64,000 bases of DNA from Patescibacteria group bacterium (GTDB taxonomy: Bacteria; Patescibacteriota; Minisyncoccia; UBA6257; 2-01-FULL-56-20), in assembly GCA_018971305.1 (NCBI GenBank), contig JAGXBC010000001.1, positions 173,956 to 237,955 of the forward strand, given 5' to 3'. Below, in pieces: positions 29,550 through 37,557 of the stretch. The notes beneath the pieces are model-generated. The model was not told the DNA's origin, did not search any database, and saw nothing but the letters and a program-made list of their open reading frames with translations. Numbering within the stretch: position 1 is the first letter of the stretch; the number at the start of each line of letters is the position of its first letter. The position numbers and the translations under genes were made by a program.

Positions 29550-32500
29550 ATCTTCCTTACAGCCAACCAGGAATCCGCGCCGTTAACCTTCGTTTCCGCC
29601 TCCGCTTCAAATTTTTCCGATTTTTTATATTCTATCGCTTCGGCTCCGACCTCAACTTTCAAAACTTTTTCGTACTTGTAGATTGCGAGACGCACTTCCG
29701 CCGGCAACTGGGCCATCAATATCATTTTATCCTTCGGCTTAAGCCCGGATTTTTGCCGCAGCTCCTGAACGGCCCTTATTATCTCCCGCAATATACCCTC
29801 TTCGCGCAGTTCCGGCGTGACAACGGTATCCAGTTCAATTTCTTCCTTAAATCTGGCACTGAAAACAACTTTCTTAATATTCACCTCTTCTGCTAAAATA
29901 CCAAGCAATTCTTTGGGAATCTTCAGCTTTCCGGTTTTAACCCTGAGTTCACCGAGAGGCTGACGGACTTTTATTCCCGCCTCCGCCCGCTTGGCCAATC
30001 CCAAACTAGCCAAACGCCTCACTTCGGCCATTCCTTCCAGTAATTTAGAATTTTGAGTTTTTAATTTTGGTTTTGTCTCCGGCCAATCTTCCAAATGAAC
30101 TGATTCCTGCGTTCCGTTAAGTTCTCCGTAAAGTAATTCCGAAAAGAATGGTGCGAAGGGAGCTGTTAGTTTCGCCGTTTCACGCAGAACCAAGCCGAGT
30201 GTGGCGCAAGCCGAATCAAAATCCTTGGCGCTCTCCGGTTTTTGCAAGCGCCGGCGCGAACGGCGGATATACCAGCGCGACAGATCGTCAACCAACTTCT
30301 CTATAACAAGCGCGGCTTCTCTTATTTCGTATTTATCCAGGTGCTTTGTGGTATCGGCAACAGTTTCTCCGAGCCGAGACAGAATCCATTTGTCCAGAAC
30401 ATTGGTCGAGGATGGAATTTTATCTCCCGAACTTTTCTCGCTCGCATATGTTTTATAAAATACCAAACTGTTCCAAAGAAGCATGTGCATCCTGCGGTAT
30501 GTTTTCGAAATCTCGTTCTCGTCAAAATTTTTTGTCTCGCCCGGAGGATTCACGGTATAGAAATACCAGCGGACGGCATCAACTCCGTATTTATTGATAA
30601 CCTCCCAGGGGTCAACTATATTCCCTTTGGACTTGGACATTTTCTGCCCGTGCTTATCGTTTATCAGCCCCAAAGAAACAACGTTCTTATATGGCGCCGG
30701 GTATCCCAAAGATGTAGCAACTGCAAGCAGGGTGTAAAACCATCCTCGCGTCTGATCCATTGCCTCCGAAATATAATCTGCCGGATAAGCGCGGCTTTTG
30801 TCTATAGCATCCTCATTCTCAAAAGGATAATGCTGCTGAGCGAAAGGCATTGAGCCGGAATCAAACCAGACGTCAGCTACTTCTTTGACCCGTCCTGTTC
30901 TCGCGCCGCATTGCGGGCAGGCAATATGGATACCATCGGCATATGGCTTGTGCAGGTCTATAACTCCAGTACCATCACGGGGCACTATCTTTAGAGTTAA
31001 CTCTCTTGTTTCAGCTACGCCGATAAAATCCTGGCCACGGCTTATTTTTTCCCGTATAGCGCGTTTTTCATCCCATGCTTCCGCCGCGTGCGTAAGCATC
31101 CAGATCGGATACTCATGGCTCACGAGCAGGATATTCTTGCCGCGGTATTTTTTTTCCAATTCCTGCAAAATTTCCCAAACCCGACTGCGCAAATCGCGCA
31201 GGGACTCGCCTCCTTCCGGCTTGCCCTCAAACTTTGATTCGTATGTGGGAAAAAGCTTATGGTAGCGGCTATCACGGCCCCCCTGAAGCATTGAACCCAA
31301 ATCTACCTCGCGCAGACGTTTGTCGAAAACTACTTTTTTGACGCCCAATGCCTCCGCCGCAATCTCGGCTGTTTCTTTTGTCCGGATTATGTCCGAAGAA
31401 ACGATGACGTCTATTTTTTTTCTGCTGCTTTTTAGTTTCTGCAAAAAATTTTTCGCCGACTTTTCCGCGAGCGAGCGGCCGATAACGGTCAAAGTGTTGT
31501 CTTTAGACCAACCGGAATCAATAAAGTGTTCGGCGTTGCTTTTCGCCTCTCCGTGCCGCATAACCCAATAATTATTCCTGGAACCTCCGGCAAGCTTACT
31601 GAGCTCGTCAATGCCTCCCGCCACTTCGCAGTGATTGCATTTTTTGCATTCCCAGATCGGTAACGGCGTTCCCCAGAACCGTTCACGGGAAAAATTCCAA
31701 TCTTTAACCTCACGCAGCCATTCGCCGAAACGCCCCTGTTTTACGTATTCCGGCGTCCAATTGATTTTATTGTTATTGGCTATAAGCTGCTTCCTTAAAC
31801 CGCTCATGGCTACGAACCAGGAATTTCTTGCGTAATATAGAATTGGCGTGCCGCACCGCCAGCAGTAGGGATAATCATGCTTGTAGGGAAGAACTTTCAG
31901 GAGCGAACCGCGCTGTTTTAAATGTTCAACGATGCCAGCCTCGGTTTCCTTGGACTTCGCGAACAGGCCGGAGAAACCAGAAACGTCCTTAGTGAACTTC
32001 CCAACTTCATCAACCGTGTGATACCTCGGTAAGCCGACTTTAAGTCCCAGCTGATAGTCATCTTCGCCGTACATAACCGCAGTGTGGACTACCCCGGTTC
32101 CCTCTGTCGTATTAACAAAATCGGCGTCGTAAACCTTGTACGAACTTGGCGAACGCAATGCCGGAATTTCAAAAAGCGGCTCGTAGCTCAGGCCGATAAG
32201 TTCGTTCCCCTCAAAAATCTCCCTCAGGTCGGGGGCGGAACCAAAAATAGCGGGATTATTCTTAACGGCTTCCTCAGCTACAATCCAACGCTCTATTTTC
32301 CCGTCAATCATCTTCTTCAGTACGGCGTATTTGATGTTTTTACCAACGGCCAAAGCCACATTTCCTGGGAGCGTCCACGGCGTAGTCGTCCAGGATAAAA
32401 CATACGTATCATCTCCCGCCGAGAAATATCCGCCGATTTTCTGCCCCCTCTTCAATTTGAATTTTATATAAACGGAGTCATCAGTAGTTTCTTTGTAACC

Positions 32501-33076
32501 CAAAGCAAGCTCGTGCGAAGAAAGCGACGTGCCGCAGCGCACGCACCAGGGAACTACCTTATGTCCCTTATAAAGAAGTTTTTTTGTCCAAAAGCGCTTT
32601 ATTATCCACCAAAGAGTTTCTATGTAGGAGCTTTCGTAAGTTATGTAAGGGTCTTTCAGGTCCAGCCAAAAGCCCATCCGTTTTGTGAGGCGCTCCCATT
32701 CGTCTTTGTATTCCCAGACGGACTCGCGGCATTTTTTATTGAAGGCCTCAACGCCGTAGTTTTCAATGTCCTTTTTCGTTTTCAGGCCCAATTGTTTTTC
32801 CACCCCTATCTCCACGGGCAATCCGTGCGTGTCCCAGCCGCCTTTTCTCGGAACCAAATAGCCCCGCATCGCCTTGTAGCGTGGGATTATGTCTTTGAAG
32901 GCACGAGCCAGAATATGGTGCACGCCCGGCCTGCCGTTAGCAGTTGGCGGACCCTCGTAAAATATGAACTTTTTAGCGCCTTTCCGCTTAGCGAGAGTTT
33001 TTGCAAAAATGTCGCTTTCGTTCCAAAATTTCAAAACTTTTTCCTCCTCCTTGGGAAGATTGAATTCTTCGGGCAT
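29546..33076 (-). CDS. ileS: Isoleucyl-tRNA synthetase (type 2) carrying an internal histidine-phosphatase-family domain insertion of about 200 aa (residues about 502-705)
   Basis: The HIGH-region PPTANGRPGVHH, CP1 editing domain and DVWFDSGSMPFAQ / KMSKS region are present. RHGE...RTKET...SHE phosphatase motifs sit between CKKCNHC and IACPQCG. Confidence 0.9.
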   Translation of the reverse strand: MPEEFNLPKEEEKVLKFWNESDIFAKTLAKRKGAKKFIFYEGPPTANGRPGVHHILARAFKDIIPRYKAMRGYLVPRKGGWDTHGLPVEIGVEKQLGLKTKKDIENYGVEAFNKKCRESVWEYKDEWERLTKRMGFWLDLKDPYITYESSYIETLWWIIKRFWTKKLLYKGHKVVPWCVRCGTSLSSHELALGYKETTDDSVYIKFKLKRGQKIGGYFSAGDDTYVLSWTTTPWTLPGNVALAVGKNIKYAVLKKMIDGKIERWIVAEEAVKNNPAIFGSAPDLREIFEGNELIGLSYEPLFEIPALRSPSSYKVYDADFVNTTEGTGVVHTAVMYGEDDYQLGLKVGLPRYHTVDEVGKFTKDVSGFSGLFAKSKETEAGIVEHLKQRGSLLKVLPYKHDYPYCWRCGTPILYYARNSWFVAMSGLRKQLIANNNKINWTPEYVKQGRFGEWLREVKDWNFSRERFWGTPLPIWECKKCNHCEVAGGIDELSKLAGGSRNNYWVMRHGEAKSNAEHFIDSGWSKDNTLTVIGRSLAEKSAKNFLQKLKSSRKKIDVIVSSDIIRTKETAEIAAEALGVKKVVFDKRLREVDLGSMLQGGRDSRYHKLFPTYESKFEGKPEGGESLRDLRSRVWEILQELEKKYRGKNILLVSHEYPIWMLTHAAEAWDEKRAIREKISRGQDFIGVAETRELTLKIVPRDGTGVIDLHKPYADGIHIACPQCGARTGRVKEVADVWFDSGSMPFAQQHYPFENEDAIDKSRAYPADYISEAMDQTRGWFYTLLAVATSLGYPAPYKNVVSLGLINDKHGQKMSKSKGNIVDPWEVINKYGVDAVRWYFYTVNPPGETKNFDENEISKTYRRMHMLLWNSLVFYKTYASEKSSGDKIPSSTNVLDKWILSRLGETVADTTKHLDKYEIREAALVIEKLVDDLSRWYIRRSRRRLQKPESAKDFDSACATLGLVLRETAKLTAPFAPFFSELLYGELNGTQESVHLEDWPETKPKLKTQNSKLLEGMAEVRRLASLGLAKRAEAGIKVRQPLGELRVKTGKLKIPKELLGILAEEVNIKKVVFSARFKEEIELDTVVTPELREEGILREIIRAVQELRQKSGLKPKDKMILMAQLPAEVRLAIYKYEKVLKVEVGAEAIEYKKSEKFEAEAETKVNGADSWLAVRKI

Positions 33077-33103
33077 AGATTAAAAATATCACGTTATTCG
33101 TAT

Positions 33104-34072
33104 CTATTCAAAAAATCTGCTGCGTATTTTATGGGTATTGCCATGGCTCAAAAGTCCAAGATAAGCGTTAATCGTCGCTGGCGCTGGGTTGGCTATTACC
33201 ATCTTTAACATTCTTCTTCTCGTCGTTGTCCGAAAAACACGGTGATCAGGAAAATTTATCCACCCCAAAAAATCAACTCCGGACGCAATGGTATTTATGA
33301 AAATTTTATTTGGATGAAGCGTAAGTCGCAATTTATTTTCCAAAAATTCTTTTATTTTTGGAACTAGAGATTCCAGCAATCCGCGGTTCTCCGAGAAAAT
33401 AACGAAGTCGTCCGCATAACGTATATAGTGCCTTGTTTTCAGTTTGTGCTTCACAAACTGGTCAAACTCGTTCATATAAACATTTACAAAGAGTTGTGAA
33501 GTGAGGTTGCCGAGCGGTAAACCTTGTCCAGGCGCGCTTGATGAAAAACTCTCGATAACTCTTTCCAGGAGCCGCAGCGTATCAGCGTCTGGGATATATG
33601 AACGTAGAATATCAAGGAGGACGGCGTGGTCGATGTTGGCAAAAAACTTTTGAATGTCACACCTGAGAACCCAGGAGGTACGCGTATTGTTCTTACTAAT
33701 AATGCGGGCGAACGCGCGAAAACGATTCATTGCGGCATGCGTTCCTTTTCCGACTCGGCATGAGAACGAATCAGCTATGAAAGTTTTATCGAAGAACGGA
33801 TAGAGCACCCGGTAGATGGCGTGATGGAGTAAGCGGTCGCGGACGGTTGCCTTGTGGATATTCCGCGGTTTCGGGTCGCAGATGTTGAATGCTTGATACC
33901 CACCGTGTCGGTACGCACCGTTCAAAATATCCGCGCGAAGTGATAGAATGTTATCCATAAGGCGCGATTGGAACTCCTGCACATCACGTTTCCCGCTCTT
34001 GCCGCGCAAAAATTCCCTCCAGGCCTCAAGCAGGTTTTCCACGCTTATGATTTCCTCAAATTTATGAACCAT
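33104..34072 (-). CDS. DGR-type reverse transcriptase
   Basis: The RT domain carries YADD (YIRYADDFVIF). Motif 4 reads LPLGNLTSQLF, the [I/L]GxxxSQ signature of DGR RTs, rather than the QGxxxSP of group II introns. It is about 322 aa from Met 34072, with no maturase or endonuclease domains. The ORF-track extension to 34264 is antisense to avd. Confidence 0.8.
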   Translation of the reverse strand: MVHKFEEIISVENLLEAWREFLRGKSGKRDVQEFQSRLMDNILSLRADILNGAYRHGGYQAFNICDPKPRNIHKATVRDRLLHHAIYRVLYPFFDKTFIADSFSCRVGKGTHAAMNRFRAFARIISKNNTRTSWVLRCDIQKFFANIDHAVLLDILRSYIPDADTLRLLERVIESFSSSAPGQGLPLGNLTSQLFVNVYMNEFDQFVKHKLKTRHYIRYADDFVIFSENRGLLESLVPKIKEFLENKLRLTLHPNKIFINTIASGVDFLGWINFPDHRVFRTTTRRRMLKMVIANPAPATINAYLGLLSHGNTHKIRSRFFE

Positions 34073-34460
34073 CTTAATTTTCACAATAAAAATTTTCAAG
34101 TAACTCCCCCCCCCCCGACACATCACGCTTCCTATCATCCAACACCTGGTAGCGGCGTACAAAACCTGGCATGAATTTCTGCCGCATGTACCCAAGGATG
34201 CGAGATACTCGTTAGGAACTAAGGTCGACGCTTCGTTTATAGAAACGATTGAAGCGGTATTCACCGCAAGCTATCTCAGTAGAGAGAGTAAACTTCCTTA
34301 TCTCGAAAAAGCTGCCGCGAAACTGGACATGGTTAAATTCTTTCTCCAGATAATCTGGGAAGTCAAGGCGCTCGACAATAAAAAATATATTACACTCTCG
34401 GAAAAGCTGGATGAAATAGGCAGAATGCTCGGCGGATGGCTTAGGAAAATGTCTACTTAA
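34064..34460 (+). CDS. avd: Avd-like accessory variability determinant (four-helix-bundle / 23S-rRNA-IVS family). Frame is interrupted at a C11 tract (34106-34116).
   Basis: The downstream frame encodes HITLPIIQHLVAAYKTWHEFLPHVPKDARYSLGTKV...LDEIGRMLGGWLRKMST*, whose C-terminal EIGRMLGGWL matches the Avd EVGRILGSWI motif. The only upstream ATG (34064) is in a different frame. C10 or C13 would fuse them into a 132-aa protein. Confidence 0.6.
34106..34116. repeat. Poly(C)11 homopolymer tract at the 5' end of avd
   Basis: Eleven consecutive C residues counted directly. The tract lies between the ATG at 34064 and the conserved Avd coding frame. Confidence 0.9.
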
Positions 34461-34505
34461 ACCATTCCGCCGGACATCGCCCGTTGTTTTCATTTGCTGC
34501 CAATT

Positions 34506-34624
34506 ACTCGCGACGCGACCGTTGCGATTGAAGTCGTTGTCAAGCCAGTTCCAGTTCAGGTACCAGCGCTCGCCGTTCTGATTGAGGTAGGGAACGTTCC
34601 GGTTGCCGTTCGCGTTCAGCACGA
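34506..34624 (-). repeat. DGR template repeat (TR), about 119 bp
   Basis: Near-identical copy of 34966-35084. It is Asn-codon (AAC) rich on the minus strand (...NANGNRNVPYLNQNGERWYLNWNWLDNDFNRNGRVAS). Confidence 0.8.
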
Positions 34625-34886
34625 ATGTGCGCAAGGCCGTCCGGGCCACCATCCTTCGAGTCACAAACAAAAACCATACTCTCGGGATTGTATCGTATTC
34701 GGAATTTTGAATTCCTTAGCCTCGCACACCAAGTAGCAACAATTATGAAGCGATTAACGAATGCACGCTAGGAGAAAACCCGTCCTCCCCCATTCCGGCA
34801 GACGCCATCGCGGAATTCGATGCGCACAACCTTAGCCGTGCGCATAATATCTACTATCCATAAGGATTATATCAAAAAAATTTAAT

Positions 34887-34908
34887 GGGCCCTAACGAAT
34901 TAGGGCCC
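34887..34908 (-). terminator. Perfect 9-bp GC hairpin (gggccctaa-cgaa-ttagggccc) about 55 nt 3' of the VR. Candidate DGR homing cruciform and/or terminator of the target gene.
   Basis: Exact inverted repeat with a 4-nt loop. On the minus strand it is followed by attaaattttttt. Confidence 0.55.
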
Positions 34909-34959
34909 AAGGGTTGAGGGTTCAAGCGACACAAAGGATCTGAGTCACAAGAACCAATG

Positions 34960-35580
34960 CTACTTGCTCGCGACGCGACCGTTGCGATTGAAGCCGCAGT
35001 CAAGCCAGCTCCGGCCCAGGTACCAGCGCTCGCCGTTCCGACTGAGGTAGGGAACGTTCCGGTAGCCGTTCGCGTACAGCACGACCAAACCCGGAAAATC
35101 GATGTAAACTTTTCCGAGAAGGGACATGAATACGGGGAATTCATCCTGGTGCTCAACAAGCCAAACGGCCTGCTGGTAACCCAGGACAAGATTCCGGCGG
35201 GACACGAGCCTGCGCTCGTATTCGCTGCCAACGATAGACTTCTCGTCAGAACGCAACAATGTGCCAAGACGGAGAATAACTTCATCGGTTGGCGAAGAGT
35301 CGGACTCGATTTTTTCGATCTGAGAGAACGCCCTGCGGAGTTCCTCGAGTGTCGGCTGCTTCAGGGCTGGAATCCGAACGGCGACATCTTCCATCGTCTT
35401 CCAGAATTCCAACATCTTGATCTCGGCGTTGCCGAGATAGATGTCACGGACGCCTGAAAGGTTGGTGCCGGTTGAAAGCCATTTTACAAAATCGGGCGTG
35501 CAACCATTCCGCTCAAGCGCATGATCGAATTCTGCGGCTTGGCGAGCAAACATGACGGGTTGAGACTTGTCATTAGGCAT
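34960..35580 (-). CDS. DGR target (variable) protein, 206 aa, with the C-terminal 40 aa encoded by the VR
   Basis: Strong RBS (AAAGGAGGA) upstream. C-terminus ...LYANGYRNVPYLSRNGERWYLGRSWLDCGFNRNGRVASK* aligns with the TR-encoded peptide. No obvious signal peptide. Confidence 0.75.
   Translation of the reverse strand: MPNDKSQPVMFARQAAEFDHALERNGCTPDFVKWLSTGTNLSGVRDIYLGNAEIKMLEFWKTMEDVAVRIPALKQPTLEELRRAFSQIEKIESDSSPTDEVILRLGTLLRSDEKSIVGSEYERRLVSRRNLVLGYQQAVWLVEHQDEFPVFMSLLGKVYIDFPGLVVLYANGYRNVPYLSRNGERWYLGRSWLDCGFNRNGRVASK
34966..35084 (-). repeat. DGR variable repeat (VR) at the 3' end of the target gene
   Basis: 12 mismatches to the TR over 119 bp. Eleven are at plus-strand T positions, which are adenines on the coding (minus) strand. 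Confidence 0.8.
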
Positions 35581-35653
35581 GACATGTCCTCCTTTTCTAT
35601 GCGACGTGTTCCAGATTAGGAACGTGTCGCGATGCCACTGGCTCCCCCGATCA

Positions 35654-35717
35654 AACTGGGTTTTGCCATAGCAGAAAACTATCCGATTGCCTAGAGCTTA
35701 TCGAAAGGCTTTCTGCT
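35654..35717. repeat. 16-bp perfect inverted repeat (tttgccatagcagaaa / tttctgctatggcaaa) with 32-nt spacer in the argS-to-DGR-target intergenic region
   Basis: The arms at 35654-35669 and 35702-35717 are exact reverse complements. The element is located 75-140 nt upstream of the target-gene start and just downstream of the argS stop. Confidence 0.6.
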
Positions 35718-35774
35718 ATGGCAAATGTAAATAAATCAGGTTTTCAAAGTACGCTACAATTATACACCATATTA

Positions 35775-37502
35775 CTATATTCTGTCAATAGCAGTGATTC
35801 CCAATAAATTCAGCCCTTTTTCTATGATTTTCGCCGTTATATTAATAAGCCCAAGAAGCGCGCTCCGCCGACTGGCGGATTCTTCTTTGAGTACCGGCGT
35901 GGTTTCGTATAAACGGTTAGCCAACACGGCCAGCTTATAAAGATAGTTAGCTAGGTTGCTCGTCTGCAGTGTTTCCCCACTTCGCGCCACTTCGTCGGGA
36001 AATTCAAAAATTTTCCGAGCGAGCGCAAGTTCAACATCAGAATTTAATAATGTAAAGTTCTTGCTTTTAGGTTTTAGAGCTTGGGACTTTCTTAAAATAC
36101 TCTTAAGGCGGGCATACGTGTACTGCAAATACGGCCCGCTGTCTCCGGAAAAATCCAGCATTCTTTTCCAGTCAAAAACGATGTCGGTTGTGCGTCCCTC
36201 CCGCAAATCATTGTATTTCAAGGCTCCAACGGCAACCGCCTCAGCGATTTTATCTTTTTCTTTAGCCGATAATTCTTTATTTTTTTCTTCAACAATCTCC
36301 CTCGCCAGCTTGATAGCCTTACCTAAAACCTCTTTAAGTAATATGGTCCTCCCTTCGCGTGTAGCGAGCTTTTGGCCGCTCTCCCCTAGAACCAAACCGT
36401 ATTTAACGTGCTTGAGTTCAACCCCATCGGCCAATCCAAGAATATTAGTTATGGCGAAAAGCTGTTCAAAGTGCAGAGATTGTTCGTTGCCCACAACATA
36501 TAAAATTTTCTCCGGCTTATATTTTTTGACACGGTATTCAATATTCGCAATATCGCGCGTAAGGTAAAGGGATGCTCCATCCGCTTTTTCTATTAACGCC
36601 GGAGGCAGATTGAACTTATCTAGTTTTATAACTATCGCGCCCTCGCTTTTTACGGCGACGCCGTCTTGCACAAGGCGCGAAACAAGCGGCTTCATATCTT
36701 TCTCAAAAAAGCTTTCGCCTTTCCATTCGTCGAACTCTACACCGAGCTCTTTATATGTTCTCTCGAATTCTTTAAGCGATTCTTTTTTAAACCATTGCCA
36801 AAGCTTGCGGTTTTCCTTATCGCCTTCTTCTAATTTTTTGAATTCTTCCTGGCCCTCCAGCTCCAATCCCGGGCGGGACTTCATCTCGTCGTGAAAGCGG
36901 ACGTAGAGCTTCTGCAATTCCTCTATTGGTTTTTCTTCTATCTTTTTCTTATCGCCCCACATTTTATAGGCGGCGATAAGTTTGCCGAACTGCGTCCCCC
37001 AGTCGCCCAAATAATTCCAGCGGATAACTTTATATCCCAGTGATTCAAAAACATTGGCAAGCGCCGCGCCGATTATCGTTGTCCGCAAATGGCCCACGTG
37101 CATCATCTTCGCGATATTCGGCTGAGAATATTCAACGATAACGGTTTTGCTTTTTCCAATACTTCTCTCGCCATATTTTTTTATATTCTTGGTAACCATG
37201 GCCAATTCGTTTTGCAGCGCTTCAGGTGAAAACCAAAAGTTTATAAATCCCGGCGCAGCGGCTTCAACTTTTTGGAAAAACCCAGCCGGCGCAGCGGCAC
37301 TAATTTTCTGCACCAATTCCCTGGCCAGTTCAAGAGGATTTTTCTTTTCCCGCTTAGCCAAAACCATAGCCAAGTTCGTGGAATAATGGCCGAAGTTTTC
37401 TTGTTCCGGAACTGTAACGCTAAAATCTCTGCCATCGGAAAACTCGGATAAAATTTTTATTATCTTATCTTTCATTACCATTAAGAATAATATAAAAAGC
37501 AA
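35775..37502 (-). CDS. argS: Arginyl-tRNA synthetase
   Basis: HVGHLRTTIIG (HIGH) plus the N-terminal Arg_tRNA_synt_N-like domain and the C-terminal DALR anticodon-binding region. The true start may be an internal Met (MKDKII at about 37475). Confidence 0.88.
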   Translation of the reverse strand: MLFILFLMVMKDKIIKILSEFSDGRDFSVTVPEQENFGHYSTNLAMVLAKREKKNPLELARELVQKISAAAPAGFFQKVEAAAPGFINFWFSPEALQNELAMVTKNIKKYGERSIGKSKTVIVEYSQPNIAKMMHVGHLRTTIIGAALANVFESLGYKVIRWNYLGDWGTQFGKLIAAYKMWGDKKKIEEKPIEELQKLYVRFHDEMKSRPGLELEGQEEFKKLEEGDKENRKLWQWFKKESLKEFERTYKELGVEFDEWKGESFFEKDMKPLVSRLVQDGVAVKSEGAIVIKLDKFNLPPALIEKADGASLYLTRDIANIEYRVKKYKPEKILYVVGNEQSLHFEQLFAITNILGLADGVELKHVKYGLVLGESGQKLATREGRTILLKEVLGKAIKLAREIVEEKNKELSAKEKDKIAEAVAVGALKYNDLREGRTTDIVFDWKRMLDFSGDSGPYLQYTYARLKSILRKSQALKPKSKNFTLLNSDVELALARKIFEFPDEVARSGETLQTSNLANYLYKLAVLANRLYETTPVLKEESASRRSALLGLINITAKIIEKGLNLLGITAIDRI

Positions 37503-37557
37503 TAATTGTCGCAGAAAACAAAAACCGCCGCTTTTATGCGACGGTGGATTCCCAAGG

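Noticed and set aside
30962-31573. Considered the IleRS insertion to be an intein
   Set aside because: The sequence has no intein block A (Cys/Ser at the junction), no block G (HN plus C/S/T) and no homing-endonuclease motifs. It does have the full histidine-phosphatase catalytic set.
32513-33208. 231-aa plus-strand ORF inside ileS
   Set aside because: It is antisense to a strongly conserved aaRS coding region.
33104-34264. Considered the RT as a group II intron-encoded protein (mobile intron)
   Set aside because: There is no maturase/X or endonuclease domain and the protein is about 322 aa. Motif 4 has the DGR-type SQ signature instead of QGxxxSP, and an adjacent TR/VR pair with A-specific changes is present. 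No intron RNA domain V/VI was recognisable.
34212-34670. 152-aa minus-strand ORF covering the TR and the avd region
   Set aside because: Its N-terminal part is open only because the TR is a copy of coding sequence. The remainder is antisense to the plus-strand frame, which carries clear Avd-family motifs (EIGRMLGGWL).
34872-35457. ORFs 34872-35285 (-) and 34957-35457 (+) overlapping the VR and target gene
   Set aside because: These are alternative-frame and antisense artefacts of the target gene. The 34960-35580 frame has a strong RBS and a TR-matching C-terminus.
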